Positions 35,053 to 47,417 of a stretch of 64,000 bases of DNA are shown here, piece by piece. The number at the start of each line of letters is the position of its first letter. Positions within the stretch are counted from its first letter, which is position 1. The notes under the pieces are model-generated. The model was not told where the DNA came from. It saw only the letters and a program-made list of their open reading frames with translations, and ran no database searches. Source of the stretch: Macrostomum hystrix (lineage: Eukaryota; Animalia; Platyhelminthes); contig CATNEN010000034.1 in assembly GCA_950097015.1 (NCBI GenBank), positions 5,828,001 through 5,892,000 on the forward strand, read 5' to 3'. A program made the position numbers and the translations under genes.

Positions 35053-36616
35053 GCTCAGCAACGACCGCTTCTCCAAGCTCTCGTCGATCAAAAAGCCTGA
35101 CGGCTCGATCACGGAGCGCCCGGAGGAAACGCTCAAGCCCCAAGAACCTTTGGTGGATTTACATGGCGATCATCAGACCGTCCGTTGCGTACGCTGGCCT
35201 CATCTGGGCCGGTGGCATGGGCATCCAGAAAAACCTGGAGGCGCTCTATAGGGTACAGGGCAGAGCCTGTCGTATGACACTGGGCGCCCCACCTTCCACT
35301 CCCTTCGAAGGCATGAATGCCTTCCTCAACGCTACACCCATTGACATTTTTATCAAGGGGGAAGCGGCAAAGTCCACCCGGCGTCTTCTAGATGCGGGGG
35401 TCTCCTTCCAGAATGTGTGAGCCTTCCCGAAGCGCTCCCTTCTGCCTCACTCTGACCTATGCCTGAAAACTCTGAGCGAGTGTGGAGGGCTCACCATCCT
35501 CTCGGATGGGGCCCCGGTCACTTTACTCCGGAGCCACAGGTACAAGGTCAGCATCCTCCCTCGCAATGAGGTCAAGGACTACTGGGCTGACCCGACAGTC
35601 CACTGTTACACTGACGGCTCTCTGATGAACGGCAAATCGGGATTCGGAGTGTGCGTCGCCTCGGATGGTGAGGTCCTCTGGACCCACTCCCAGCACTGTG
35701 GCAAGAGCTCAAGCGTTTTCCAAAACGAAATGCTCGCCATCAGTCTCTGTGCGGCTGAACTGCGCCAGAGGCAGCTGACTGGACGGAGGATCTTTTTTCA
35801 CTCCGACAGTCAAGCAGCTCTCAAGGACCTCAGCCGCTGCACCTCTCGATCCAGAACCACCTTGGACTGCAACACCCAGTTAAACGGGTTGGCGCAGTCT
35901 AACAAGGTGGAGCTGTTGTGGATCCCTGGGCATGCCGGGTTCACAGGGAATGAGATGGCGGACCAGCTTGCTAAGGCTGGCGCAGCCAGCTCCCTGATGG
36001 GCCCGGGCCCGGAGGCCCGATCCCCGCCTCTGTGGTCAACTCTAACATCAACCGCTGGATGGAGACCCAACACCGGAGGAGGTGGTCTAGCACCCTGAAC
36101 TGTCGCCAGTCCAGGGCAGTGCCAACCCCCTCTAGTAATCCTGCGTAAAGCCTTGCTTAGGGTAAATCGCAGAGAACTGAGAGCAGTCACCATGGCCCTC
36201 TCGGGACATGGCTGCTTCACCAGACACCGCTACCTCCAAGGCCACGTGCCTGAGGAAATGTGTCCTTTTTGCTGCTCCGGACGTGAAAACGCCGAGCATT
36301 TCATCTGCCACTGCCCGGCCTTCACCCGGGCTAGGCAAAAACATCTCGGGCCGGCACCGACCCTTGTCGAAGCCTGCTCGCCCGATAACATTCCACAACT
36401 CGCCCACTTCCTCCGGGATACCGGCCGAGCTGATTTCTTCCCAGCCTATGGCGAGGAAGATCGCGCGGCGGAATCGACCGACGGACCACCCTGAGCGGCA
36501 CCGCCTCGCTGGAGGCCGTCTGGCTGCCAGGGGTTAGCGATATGGGCGGCACCGGCCGCCTCCTCGCTGCGTCCGTCATGGAGGCTCCCTGCCGCTAAGT
36601 CAAGTAAGTCAAGTTA
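35053..36616 (+). mobile_element. 5'-truncated non-LTR retrotransposon with RNase H (I/R1/Loa-like), RT deleted
   Basis: 10 bp TSD CCTATATGGA (35043-35052 and 36617-36626); AAGTC-repeat tail; thumb IYMAIIRPSVAYA; RNase H YTDGS..SVFQNEM..HSDSQAAL..LWIPGH..GNEMADQLAK; C-terminal CPFC..ENAEHFICHC; stop and frameshifts present. Confidence 0.88.
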
Positions 36617-37512
36617 CCTATATGGATTCGCTATACGAGCTAGAGGTTTTACATAATGTTAATTATGTTGTTAATTATTACATGATTTTACCTATATGGA
36701 TTCGCTATACAAGCTAGGGGTTTTTACATAATGTTATTCTCCGCGTCAAAAGTGTCTTCGACAAGAACATTCGCTGAATATCCCGATGATGCTGATGTCG
36801 AATGGCTTTGAAAATTAGTTGATCGTAAAGGGCGGAATAATTTTATCCATATGGTGGACTTTCACGAAAATCATTTATTCGGTTTGGGGAGCCATCGTGA
36901 ATTAGGCAGTGGGTATTTCAAATACCCCGTAGTCTTCCTGTAGAGGAGAAAAAAAAGCGTGTTATTTCTGCTGCAAAGGCTTATAATTCAAAACATTTAA
37001 CATAAAGAGCGTACACCAAAATACATGCTAAATAAAAGCATGAGCTGGATACGCTTATGTTAAAAAATGTTAATACTCTATACAAAAACGTAAAGACGTG
37101 GTAATATTCTAGACCAATGGAGAGCCTGCTTGAACTGCGAGAGACAGTGGAAAATGAGACAAAGAGACAGAGAGAGTAAGAGAGAGTGAGAGAGAGAGAG
37201 TATACTCGTGGTTCATTATTACGATTCTGTCGAGTGTACAATCTCATAACTATACTCTGAGGAGGGCTCAGTAGGGGGGGGGCAGATTGGCTGGATGGCC
37301 GCACTGAGCTGGCTGGAACAAGAAATCTATGTGGTCGAGCAGAGAGATGAGACAGCTTGCCTGCTTTTGCAGCTCTCGAATAAATACAAGCAAGGCCTGG
37401 ACGAGCTCACACCCGTGGAAGCAGAAACCCAGGCCCTATAAATTGTCCAATTCGAGTTCTGTCAGGCTTCGAAGTAATTTTTTTCGTCCGGCGCAAAATC
37501 AAGAAATCAAAT

Positions 37513-38281
37513 ATGGCCAATCCGAAGGAAGTGCTGTCCGGCATCAGCCAATACGATCGGGACCAGCTGAACCACGTGGAGGTGGCCGAGAAGTGCGTCC
37601 TACCCGACCGGGACCAAGTCGAGTCCGAACGCAAGGAGGTCCAACTCCGTCAGGAGATTGAGCAGGGCCGGCCGTTGAATCACGTGACTACTGTAGTAGA
37701 AAAGGTGGCCCTGCCGGCCGCTGGCGACATTGCGCAGGAGAAACAGGTTCGGGACAACTAGGTCGCTTTACAAACCAGAAACGTTTACAAGAGTCTCTAG
37801 ATTCGAGCACTCTCTAGCAATGCAGGCACTCTAGCAATTCAGGCACTCTAGCAATTCAGGCACACTAGCAATTCAGGCACTCTAGCAATTCAGGCACTCT
37901 AGCAATTCAAGCACTCTAGCAATTCAGGCACTCTAGCAATTCAGGCACTCTAGCAATGCAGGCACTCTAGCAATTCAAGCACTCTAGCAATTCAGGCACT
38001 CTAGCAATTCAGGCACACTAGCAATTCAGGCACCCTCACCAAATCGCGAAATCTTCTAGGAGCAGCAGTTGCGACAGGAGATCGAGAGCGGGCACGAGTT
38101 GAACCCGGTGAAGGTGCAGGTGCGCAACAGCCTCCCCAATGCCGAGGCCATCGCTCAGGAGCGTCAGGAGCTTCAGTTGCGCCAGGAGATCGAAGCCGGC
38201 AAGCCGTTGCGTCATGTTGAAGTGTGCGTCCGTAACAGCCTTCCGGATGCTGAAGCCATCGCGGCCGAGAAGAAGGCTTAA
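37513..38281 (+). CDS. Multi-repeat beta-thymosin (4 WH2/thymosin repeats), 2 exons, ~151 aa
   Basis: Exons 37513-37746 and 38060-38281, phase 0. Four LxHVxxxxK/RxxLP-type repeats (LNHVEVAEKCVLP, LNHVTTVVEKVALP, LNPVKVQVRNSLP, LRHVEVCVRNSLP). Confidence 0.85.
37808..38035. repeat. 17 bp minisatellite (CTCTAGCAATTCAGGCA), ~13 copies, fills the thymosin intron
   Basis: Direct periodicity. Confidence 0.93.
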
Positions 38282-39066
38282 CACCGATGCACTTCGCTAA
38301 TTGTTTTTAACGAATAGACTCACAGAAATCATTCAGTGCATATTTAACCTTAACTTCTCGTGTTAATAAACAAATTTTTAACTAACCAAATGCTGCAAGT
38401 GTTTTTAAAATACTGAAAAATCCGAAGTGCAGTTAAATATACCTTAAACTGTAGATAACCAAATCCCACTATAACTAATCCAAAATGTTCACATTCATGT
38501 CTGGCATTCGGTTAACATGTTATTCAGTATATTTTATCACTTCTCTAAGCTAATGCCTCCTACAGTTTTACTGGCACTTGTTTTAAAATATCCATGCCTA
38601 CTTTCGCACAGCAGCATCGATTTGGACATTATACAGACCTAACAAAACTAGATCGATATGCATACACTTTACAAGCCTACCAATAAACGCAAACGTACAC
38701 GACTTTACATATAAGTATTCCAATTTCGATTTTATCACTTTTTAGCAATTAGTTTGTTAATTTTTGCACAGAGAAGAAACACACATAGAAGGTATTTACA
38801 TCAAGCTGTGACTCAGACCTATATAGTCAGTCAGACCGCATTGTTACGAGCTATAAGCTGTTGCCTGTTGCAAATTGTCAGTGAAGTCTATAAATAGGCA
38901 TGAAAATACTGAAGCATAGAAACATAAGGAACGGAACAACATACCAGCGTACGTCTAGGCAAGGATATGCAAGCACTGTGAACCAAAATGCATATAATTT
39001 AACTTTGTTATGCCACACCCTTTCTAATATAGCCTCTCAAACCTATAACGTGTCCGGACGATGAGT

Positions 39067-39142
39067 CAGGACAGATATACGCCCTCAGGACAGATATACG
39101 CCCTCAGGACAGATATACGCCCTCAGGACAGATATACGCCCT
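39067..39142. repeat. 19 bp tandem repeat x4 (CAGGACAGATATACGCCCT)
   Basis: Four perfect copies. Confidence 0.9.
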
Positions 39143-40312
39143 AGTAGATTTGAAAAAGCAGATAATACGTCATTTCGGCGTATAATTTTACGATTTCAAT
39201 ACTAAATAATCAAAATTGTAGCAGTGATTTGCAATCCGGTAGAACGGGTATATTTATATATTCATTACACCATACAGGGTAGGACATTTATATTTAAACC
39301 CTTGGGGAGACAAGAGCCACAAAATTTAATAAAATTTAATAATTTTGGTTGATGAAGACTTCAGCTTGAAGATTAACTGATTCGCTTGCACCATACGGAT
39401 TAGTGATTTCGGCCTTAAATATAAAATACGCAGAGTGAATTGTGAGTTTTAACATACGAGTATCAGTGCTTGTTTTAGAAATATAACGGAGTAGTGAAAT
39501 ATAATAAGCACAATGAGCTGAATAAAGTCACACTGAACAGTGCACTGCTTAACAGTGCACACTGATCCTTAATTAAACATTAAAGTAGAATTAGCCGATT
39601 GGCTACTGAATAGATTAAAAGAGAAAAAGAACAGAAATAATAAAATAATTTTTTGCTTTCAGGAAAGACCGCGGCCGAATCACAAAAATTCTAGACACAC
39701 AAGGCGACAAGCCGAAGCCTACTATATATACTACTCTATTCTCAAGCAGTAGTAGCTAGTGCCAATCAAAAACAAAGAACCGCATTTTTCAAAAACTTTA
39801 ACTGTACAACAACATGACCAAAAGTAGTGGGGTTTTATTGGCTTAATCAATTAACTATATATAAAACCCTTGAAAATCTGGAATTATAATTATTAGCATC
39901 CCTAATAAATACAGATAACACAGTAAGAGACATAATATATAACTTAAAGCTTAATAAAAACGCTTTTGGGTCAGATGTGTTGAGTAATTAAAATATATTG
40001 ACAGAACTAGGAACGTGGCGACTATAAGAATAAGGGTGAACTAATAACTTATTGTGGGGATTTCAAATACACAAGGACGGCTTGCGAATGAGAATCTAGG
40101 GAAAACTGTCTATGGTTCCAACTCAAACTCAAGTTGTTCTAAAATAGGTTGATAAAGTAACCAGACCAGAGAATAAATAAATGGATAAGTAACCCAAATA
40201 GGTTTCTTACGAGAATCTGCACTCGTAGATGCAGCACAAACACGAAAGCATTGCTATACACGCGCACAGAACAATAAACAGTACAGATTAGCAATCACGA
40301 TTGAAGCAAAAC

Positions 40313-43300
40313 TTAACAAGAGCAGCCACCAGCCGACTGCTGTTGTTGACCCGCTGAGCTACTCAACGCGATCCCATCCGGACCAGCGGCCTCCCACAGG
40401 CCTGGAGTCTGGATGATCTTCTCCACCAGCTCCTCGAAGGCGGTCTTGACGCCTTCGTTAGTCTTGGCGCTGGCTTCAATAAATAGCATGTGGTGACGCC
40501 GGGCAAACCGCAGTCCTTCGTCACGGGTCACTGCGCGGTTGGCCTTGAATTTGTTTACAGAGTATTAAGCGTAGCTTGCTTCTGTTTGTTACTAACTGTT
40601 TGTTTTGTGTAAAAAGAAGCAATAATCGAAAACAACACCCAATGTCTACTCAGTAAGTTATTCTATTTATTTATATATTTTTATTAATACGGTCTCTATG
40701 ATTTTTTTATCTTTATTACAGTAAGTGAAAAGTGGGTAGTAGGTAGAAAGTGGAAGCCAAAGGAACAATGGGGTACTGGAATTGTGAAGCTGGGGAGACG
40801 GCAGCCAATCAGAATTCAAGCCTTTCCTGGGACTCAACAGGTTTGGGGTGAAACCGCCTAACCACCACCCCACATCATCATCATGCACATGGCATTGAAA
40901 TTTCTGGAGGGCTTGAGTCCTAAACACCAAGAATAACAAGAATTTATCGAGAAACTGAGAGCTTACACAATCAATTTTATTGCCAACTAAGCATTTTGAC
41001 CAGGTTGTTGCGGTTAGCAAATGTGGCTAGCTCATTAAGCCAATTCTCCAGTCGCAAAAATGTGTCCTTCTGTGCCACATCGTACACCAATATGACGCCC
41101 TGGGCGTTGCGATAGTAGCTCGGTGTAAGAGTACGAAAGCGTTCCTGGCCAGCTGTGTCCTGTAAAGTTAAGGCCGATTTTACACAATAGATTTAGGTAG
41201 CGGTCTGCCACTAAACATATAAATAACTAAGTGCAACATTAAGAATTCTCCATAAAAGAGAAAAAATGACTTACCCAGATTGCTAGCTTAGCTTTGTTTC
41301 CATCAACAGTTAGTGTCTTCACTTTAAAATCGACACCTGAAATAAAAATTATCTATGCATACAAACTAGATTTGTTTTGTTATTCTATAAAAACATTACA
41401 TTTTTTAAATAATCTAAATTACCAATAGTAGCAGGCTGGTCATTGTCAAATGTGTCATCAACAAATCGAAGTAGCAAACTACAAAAAATGTTGGTTGTGC
41501 AATGTTTAGAAAAAAAGATTAGATCATACTGAAAGTAGGCTGTCTTGTTTATTGTGTCAGTAGTTCTTGGGCAAGATTATTTTTTACAAGGTAAAAATCA
41601 TAGGCCCAGCTATTTACCTGGGAAAAAATATTCTTGCTAAAAAATAATTAGGCAATTGTTGACTGATATTTATTTCATAATTAGTTAAGTAAAAGAGAAA
41701 GCAGATTAAAGCAGAATTAAATCATACTCTTAGTAACAAATAAAAACTGTGTTAAAAATATGCAAAGCATAAAAAACATGGCCTAGTTAAATTAGCTTGA
41801 TAATACTAAGCTTTCATTTGATAATACTAAGCTTTCACTATATATTAGGCCTAACATACTTTGTTTTACTTAAAGTGATCAGTTATCAAAATATATTAGT
41901 TACTGAGTATTCATAAAATAGGAGGTTGTATCCTTGTGGATAGGGCCTACAGTAGGGACTCATGACTAAAAGGTTGGGGGTTCAATTCATGACTCCACTG
42001 GAAGAATTTATGCCCTTAAGCAAGACACTTAACTCTAAATTGCTTCAGTTCACCTATCTGTTCAATGAGTACCAGCATTGGCTGGGGGTAATTGAGGGTA
42101 GGTGTGGCATCCCCTGGCATCCCCTTAGCAATACTAAATAGCAATACATAGGCCTAGCCTTTAGATACACCATGCAATAGCTGCTGCTCTGCTGTTGTCT
42201 GTACATCTGGCCCAATTAGGGCAGTTGTAATCAATTATTGTTATTACAAGTATAAAGTATGCAAACTCAATTATATGGCATACTAGCTTTTTTTGCCCGT
42301 TGTTTTTGGGGCAGAAATTTAAAGCAAAGCAGTAAGCAATTCACGTCTCTGTATTAACTTTATAGTGAAGGTCACCATTTATTTATTTACTGCATTAATG
42401 AAAAGTGAAGAGTTTGTTTAAGGGCGTTTTAAGTAAAAAATATGTGAAAAGTTTGTCCAAACAGCCCCCTCTTGATTACTTCTTTAGAAACATGTCTCTT
42501 AGCCACTCCTCTATACAGTCAGTGGCAGATCCAGGAATTTTGTTTTGGGGCGGTCTGTCAGGGGAGCGCCATGAGAATCACAGAGGGGGTGCCAGCGGCC
42601 GAAAAAGGGCGCCATGGGAGCCAAGAAAGGGCGCCAGCGGCTGAAAAACGGGAGCCAGCGGCTGAAAAAGGGGCGCCAGCGGCCGAAAAGGGGCGCCAGT
42701 GCTGCGACTGGCTCTGCACAATAGCTCGCGGTACACCTCTAGCTGCTCAGGCATGAGTCGGGGCTCATTCTCCTCTATGAACTGTCCCAGCTGCTCCTGG
42801 TCATAGCCTCTTTCTCGCAGCATCTCCCTGCACAGGTTGTCCTGTTGTCCTGTCCTGTTTGCTTTTGGAAGTCCAAAAGAATCTAGATAGCGATCGGTCA
42901 ACTCCAGCACCTTGTCCTCAATGCGCAGCAGGGCCTCGTTAAACACTGCTTCTGTGAATGGCAACTCTGGCTCCTGAGCCACGAATCGCGCCCGGAAGAG
43001 AATGTCTTCGGCCATGGGTTCTTTGAATGTTTCCCAAAGCTGAATTGGATCAGAGAGACCACAGGTGGCAACCATGATGGCAAAGAGATCTCGCAGGTGA
43101 CTTGGTGAGCGCACCGTTGCCGCTTCCTCCAATGTCGCTCTCCATTGAGCAACATCTTCCAGCAGTCCCAGTCGCTGACATGCTTCATGAAAAGTTTGGC
43201 AGGTATGGCCTTCCACCGTTCTAATGTGTCTAAATGACGTCGGACCAATCACGGTGTGTAGCAATATACGCAGGTAGTAGCATTCACGGTGGTTTGGGTG

Positions 43301-44603
43301 CACCGTGTACACTCTGGCTAATGCATCAGTCTGTCGTATTTCAGGATGGCCCGGAACTGCAGCGCCTTGAACCCGCCGCTTCCATCCTTTCGAAGAGGCG
43401 TTCCATGTGTAATAGGCAGGCACCTGGTGGTACAGCAAAGTCCTGGCAAAGGGGTCTTCAGCGCACAACTTGAAGAAAGCAGTAAGAGTAGTGTCCTGTG
43501 GCCTTTGAGCGGCCTCTCTCTTTCTTCTATCCCAGGCTGGCTGGAGAGAAATATCGACCAGAGAGCCCTGCACACTGGGACGCCACCACACTCACCGCAC
43601 TCAGTCTCAGTGCTGCTTGGGGGCCAGTAGACAGTCTAGGGGTTTGGGCTGTGTACATTCACGGCTTGAAATACAATGTACAGTCTGGGGCTTCGGCGCC
43701 CGGGGAAGGGAGGGGGTGGCTGTAATAAAATTTGGCCCGCAGAGTGGCGGAGGGGAGTTGGGGTGGCTGTCCTCGGAAAACAAAAAGTGACTCACTTTGA
43801 GATGATGCAGCTTTGCTCTGGATTGAGTAGAGATGTTCAAAATTGACAGCATTGTTGGAAAACATGTAAAGTGTAAGTGGATCAAATTTGGAGAAAATCT
43901 GACAAAGTGGGGCGACGATAAGTCGAATTGAGTGATTTTTTGACGATTTTTGAGCAGTTTTTTGCACTTTTGAGCAGGAAGGAAATGATTTTTCGGGAAT
44001 TTGAGTAGCCTATTGCACTCAGCGTAGGTGGTTTTAGGTATGTGCAAAGTTTGGTGCGATTTGGTTGAGCGGTTTCGGCGTCTATAAAGACAAAAGGTTG
44101 CACACACACACACAGACAGAGTTTTCACTTTTATATATATAGATGTAGGACATCAGACTGTGATATCTTTTATATTGTCTTAAAATCAATGCATACATAT
44201 AGAATTTCATAGAAATAAGAAATAGCTTTAATGCAAAAATATCTATTAACAAATGTTATAGTGCTAAAGCAATAGATATAAACCAAAGTATAACCGAAAG
44301 TTATACTGCTAAAGAATTATAAATATGATTATAAATCACTATAGCAGTTAACCTTGTTCATTAACTATATAGGCTAATCTTGGTAGATAAGTAACATAAC
44401 TTCATATTGTATTTGAGTAATGAAATGTGATATTCTTATTTTATTAAAAACTTAACGTAAGTTGGGTTTACAAAAAATTTTGTAAGGAAATTAAACTGCA
44501 ATCAATTCAACTCTAATAAAATCAATTAGACTTACCTTGACTTTCCAACTCCACTTTCCCCAATAATTAGAATTTTAAGAGTTGTCAGTACTTCAGTCTC
44601 CAT
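40313..44603 (-). CDS. RAB18: Rab18 small GTPase, 5 exons, ~202 aa after correcting one extra base
   Basis: Exons 44603-44536, 41478-41423, 41336-41275, 41159-40967 and 40543-40313. TLKILIIGESGVGKSS, ATIGVDF, WDTAGQERFRTLTPSYYR, GNKID, FIEASAK and a C-terminal CSC; +1 nt at ~40989. Confidence 0.9.
41935..42110 (+). mobile_element. tRNA-derived SINE family 2 copy
   Basis: B-box-like GGTTCAATTC; body GCCCTTAAGCAAGACAC..GTACCAGCATTGGCTGGG shared with 13230 and 59195. Confidence 0.6.
42283..44143 (-). mobile_element. Non-autonomous Helitron (1.86 kb) with RepHel fragment, in RAB18 intron 1
   Basis: 5' end A|TCTATATATATAAAA at 44143; 3' hairpin GCCC..GGGC then CTAG|T at 42286-42283; the internal ORF (TTLTAFF..LLYHQVP..ARVYTVHP..ECYYLRILLH..GPTSF..FHEACQRLGLLE) is a typical RepHel segment. 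Confidence 0.85.
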
Positions 44604-46268
44604 TGTGTGAATGTTAAACTTAGATTTAGATTTAGATTTAAAGGTGAGCTTGGTTTAGGTTTAGGTGTGCCTCAACTTTATGTTTTATCTGTATGACTTA
44701 CAAGGCAAATCACAGAAATCGTAGAAATTCAAATAACTCATAGAGTTTAAAATTCTGCCAGACAGCAATAACAAAAAGAAATATATAAACAAGCTATCAA
44801 TAGCTAGTTTTATACTAGTCGATCAATTCATTTTTTAAAACAGTTAAAGCAATTAATATTAGGCTACACAATCTCAGAATCGGTCAACTTATTTTGCACT
44901 GAAAAAGCCGACATACCTATATATAAAAATATGCTTAAGAGGCTCAAAGGGTGTCTGTATTTGAAAATCTATTGTCTATTTCCAAGTGTGTATTTGGCTC
45001 GTAAATGTGCAAAATGGTAGCGTACGACGAATTGATAATGTATTTTATTTTAATGTAATGTAATCGTAATTTCGATAGTGTATTATTTGTGTATGTCCAC
45101 TGGCCAGTATATAGTGCTGGGTGTGCTTACCCAATCGCCTAAACCCGTCGACAGATCTAGGAATTTCAGCAATTTATTTATTCCCCTAATACAATTTCTT
45201 TTATCTTTGCGAACTATAACGTTCGTAAGCCTCCTTAGCTCGAGTACTAGGCTAAGTCAGATCTCACAAGGGCTTGTGGCAGCTTAACTGTGAGTAGTAT
45301 GAGTATTTTTATGAGTAGTATGAGTATTTGCTATGAGCAGCATATGAGTATTTGATTTTATTAGTATATGAGTATTCAGTATGAATAATTGTTAGTATCT
45401 ACTATGCGTTCGTGAAAACCAAGAGATGTAAATTAAACTTAGTACAAAAGAGACATTTGTCTTATTTTTTACCTTCGCTGTTAACCTGCAGGCGGGTCAT
45501 TTATTGTTTGATCGACCCGAATTGATAGCTCAAACTAATCCAATTTTATAGAATAAAATTCAGTGAAGCGAGATTGGCACTCCAATTTTCTAGCCCGTCT
45601 GCTTCACTAGTATCGGTGTCAAATAGTCTATACTGCTGTAGATTATCGAGCCAACACCGGAGCAGGAAATGGCCTGACACTGGCACACCTGAGCGCCTGA
45701 GTAATTTTAACAGATAGTTATCAGCGACATGGAATATAGCCACAGATCACTCTAAAGTGCCAAGTTCCCACAGTACAAGAAGTATAACAATAGACGAGGA
45801 TAGTACTTGTGGTACATTCGAATGTCATGCATGCAGTTACACACCTAAGAGCTTACATGGGTACAGCAAGCTATAACTTTTTCGCCATTAATTTATCCAT
45901 GTTCCGTAGATTTCAAAATATACTAAAAACTCGAAATTATCATACAGAAAAATGTTACTTCATGTTCGAAAGATAAAAACCTGCATGTACGAGCACACGC
46001 AAGGATATTTTGAGAATAATATTGTCACCAGTAGCAAAACAATAACAGCGGGCGTTTCGTTCCATGCAAGCTAAGACAAAGTATTTTTACACTGAATTAC
46101 AATATACAGAAGCAGCCTTTAAAACACAACTATAAGACCATAAGACGACAAAAAGCAGATAGATGATTTAATCTCTATTTAGATTATAAATTAGAAAGCT
46201 AATTTAGATGATTCATAAGCAGACCTAATAAAACGTCAGTGTCAAGTGCTTGAGTACAAATCGTCGGA

Positions 46269-47417
46269 CTAGCTGATTTCGAGATTCGGTTCAGCGTCGT
46301 CTGCGTTCCCGATGGGACCTGTATCTTCAACTGCAGCTGAGTGCAGCTGCGGGGACCTCTGCAGCTCTACATCGCCTTCCACCGGGCTTCTGCGTCGGCG
46401 GCGACTCTCCTCGGAGCGTCTTCGACCTATTCCAGCCTTTTGGTCGGTTCCATTCACTCCTCGACAGACGGTGCCGAGGCACACTTCAAAGAAGATGGAG
46501 TTGAAAAACATGTACAGAAAGAAGTTGTGCGCAGAGTTTAATGTCAGTAGAAAATCGGTGATCTCGCGCACAATTCGTTGTGCGTCCGTGTTGACCTCGT
46601 GATAGCCCAGGCCATAGAGTGTCATGGCTGCGTCGGGCAAGGCGAACGCTATGAACAGGCAGATAACGATGACCAGCATGAGAGTGATGCGGTTCCGAGC
46701 CGCCAGACGTCTATTAGCCCGCGTCTTGCGCACGTTCACTATAATGCACGCGTTCAGCACAGTCAGGATGACCAGTGGAACGATGCACCGGAAGCTGGAT
46801 TGAAACTTAGAGTAAGACGAGGACAGATAATTCGTCCACAGTTGCGTCACATTCAATGTGAACTGTACCTGACTGGCGTTAGTGTTAATAACTGGCACCT
46901 TCTCGTAGCGTAGGCCAATAGGTATATTGACAAGCAAGACTAGCACGGCAATCATCGAGCTGGCCAGAGTCGCCTTGCCAACAGTGAGGGCGCCTCGACA
47001 TGCCGTGGGGAACACAACCATGAGGAAGCGCTCAAATGCCACGGCCACGGTCATCCAGGCAGCCACGGTGGATGCATACTGGGACAAGAAGTAGCCCACC
47101 TGATAATAGTTCACGTAGATGACATCCTCACTACCAGCGAAGAAGTACTTACAGATGACACTCGGAGTGTACATCAGATCATTGACTAGCTTCATGAGAT
47201 CGCCAAACGCCAGCGTCAACAAGTAGATGTTTGTCGAGGTACGCATCTTGCGTTTAGCAAAGACCAACACACAGAGCAGGTTGCAAACGATGCCGACTAG
47301 GCACACGAGCGGAACTAGGCCCAAGCCGATTACCATCTGCACCCAGCGGTATGCTTGCTCACTGCCACGCGCGTTCGGACCAGAAGATGGGTTGCTAACA
47401 CCTTCAGTGTTGTTCAT
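46269..47417 (-). CDS. Class A GPCR, FMRFamide/peptide-receptor-like, single coding exon, 382 aa
   Basis: Seven hydrophobic segments; GIVCN (TM1), TNIYLLTLAFGDL (TM2), AFERF (TM3), VP..L..LN (TM5), LLTLNSAHNFFLY (TM7); N-terminal NNT sequon. Confidence 0.88.
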   Translation of the reverse strand: MNNTEGVSNPSSGPNARGSEQAYRWVQMVIGLGLVPLVCLVGIVCNLLCVLVFAKRKMRTSTNIYLLTLAFGDLMKLVNDLMYTPSVICKYFFAGSEDVIYVNYYQVGYFLSQYASTVAAWMTVAVAFERFLMVVFPTACRGALTVGKATLASSMIAVLVLLVNIPIGLRYEKVPVINTNASQVQFTLNVTQLWTNYLSSSYSKFQSSFRCIVPLVILTVLNACIIVNVRKTRANRRLAARNRITLMLVIVICLFIAFALPDAAMTLYGLGYHEVNTDAQRIVREITDFLLTLNSAHNFFLYMFFNSIFFEVCLGTVCRGVNGTDQKAGIGRRRSEESRRRRRSPVEGDVELQRSPQLHSAAVEDTGPIGNADDAEPNLEIS

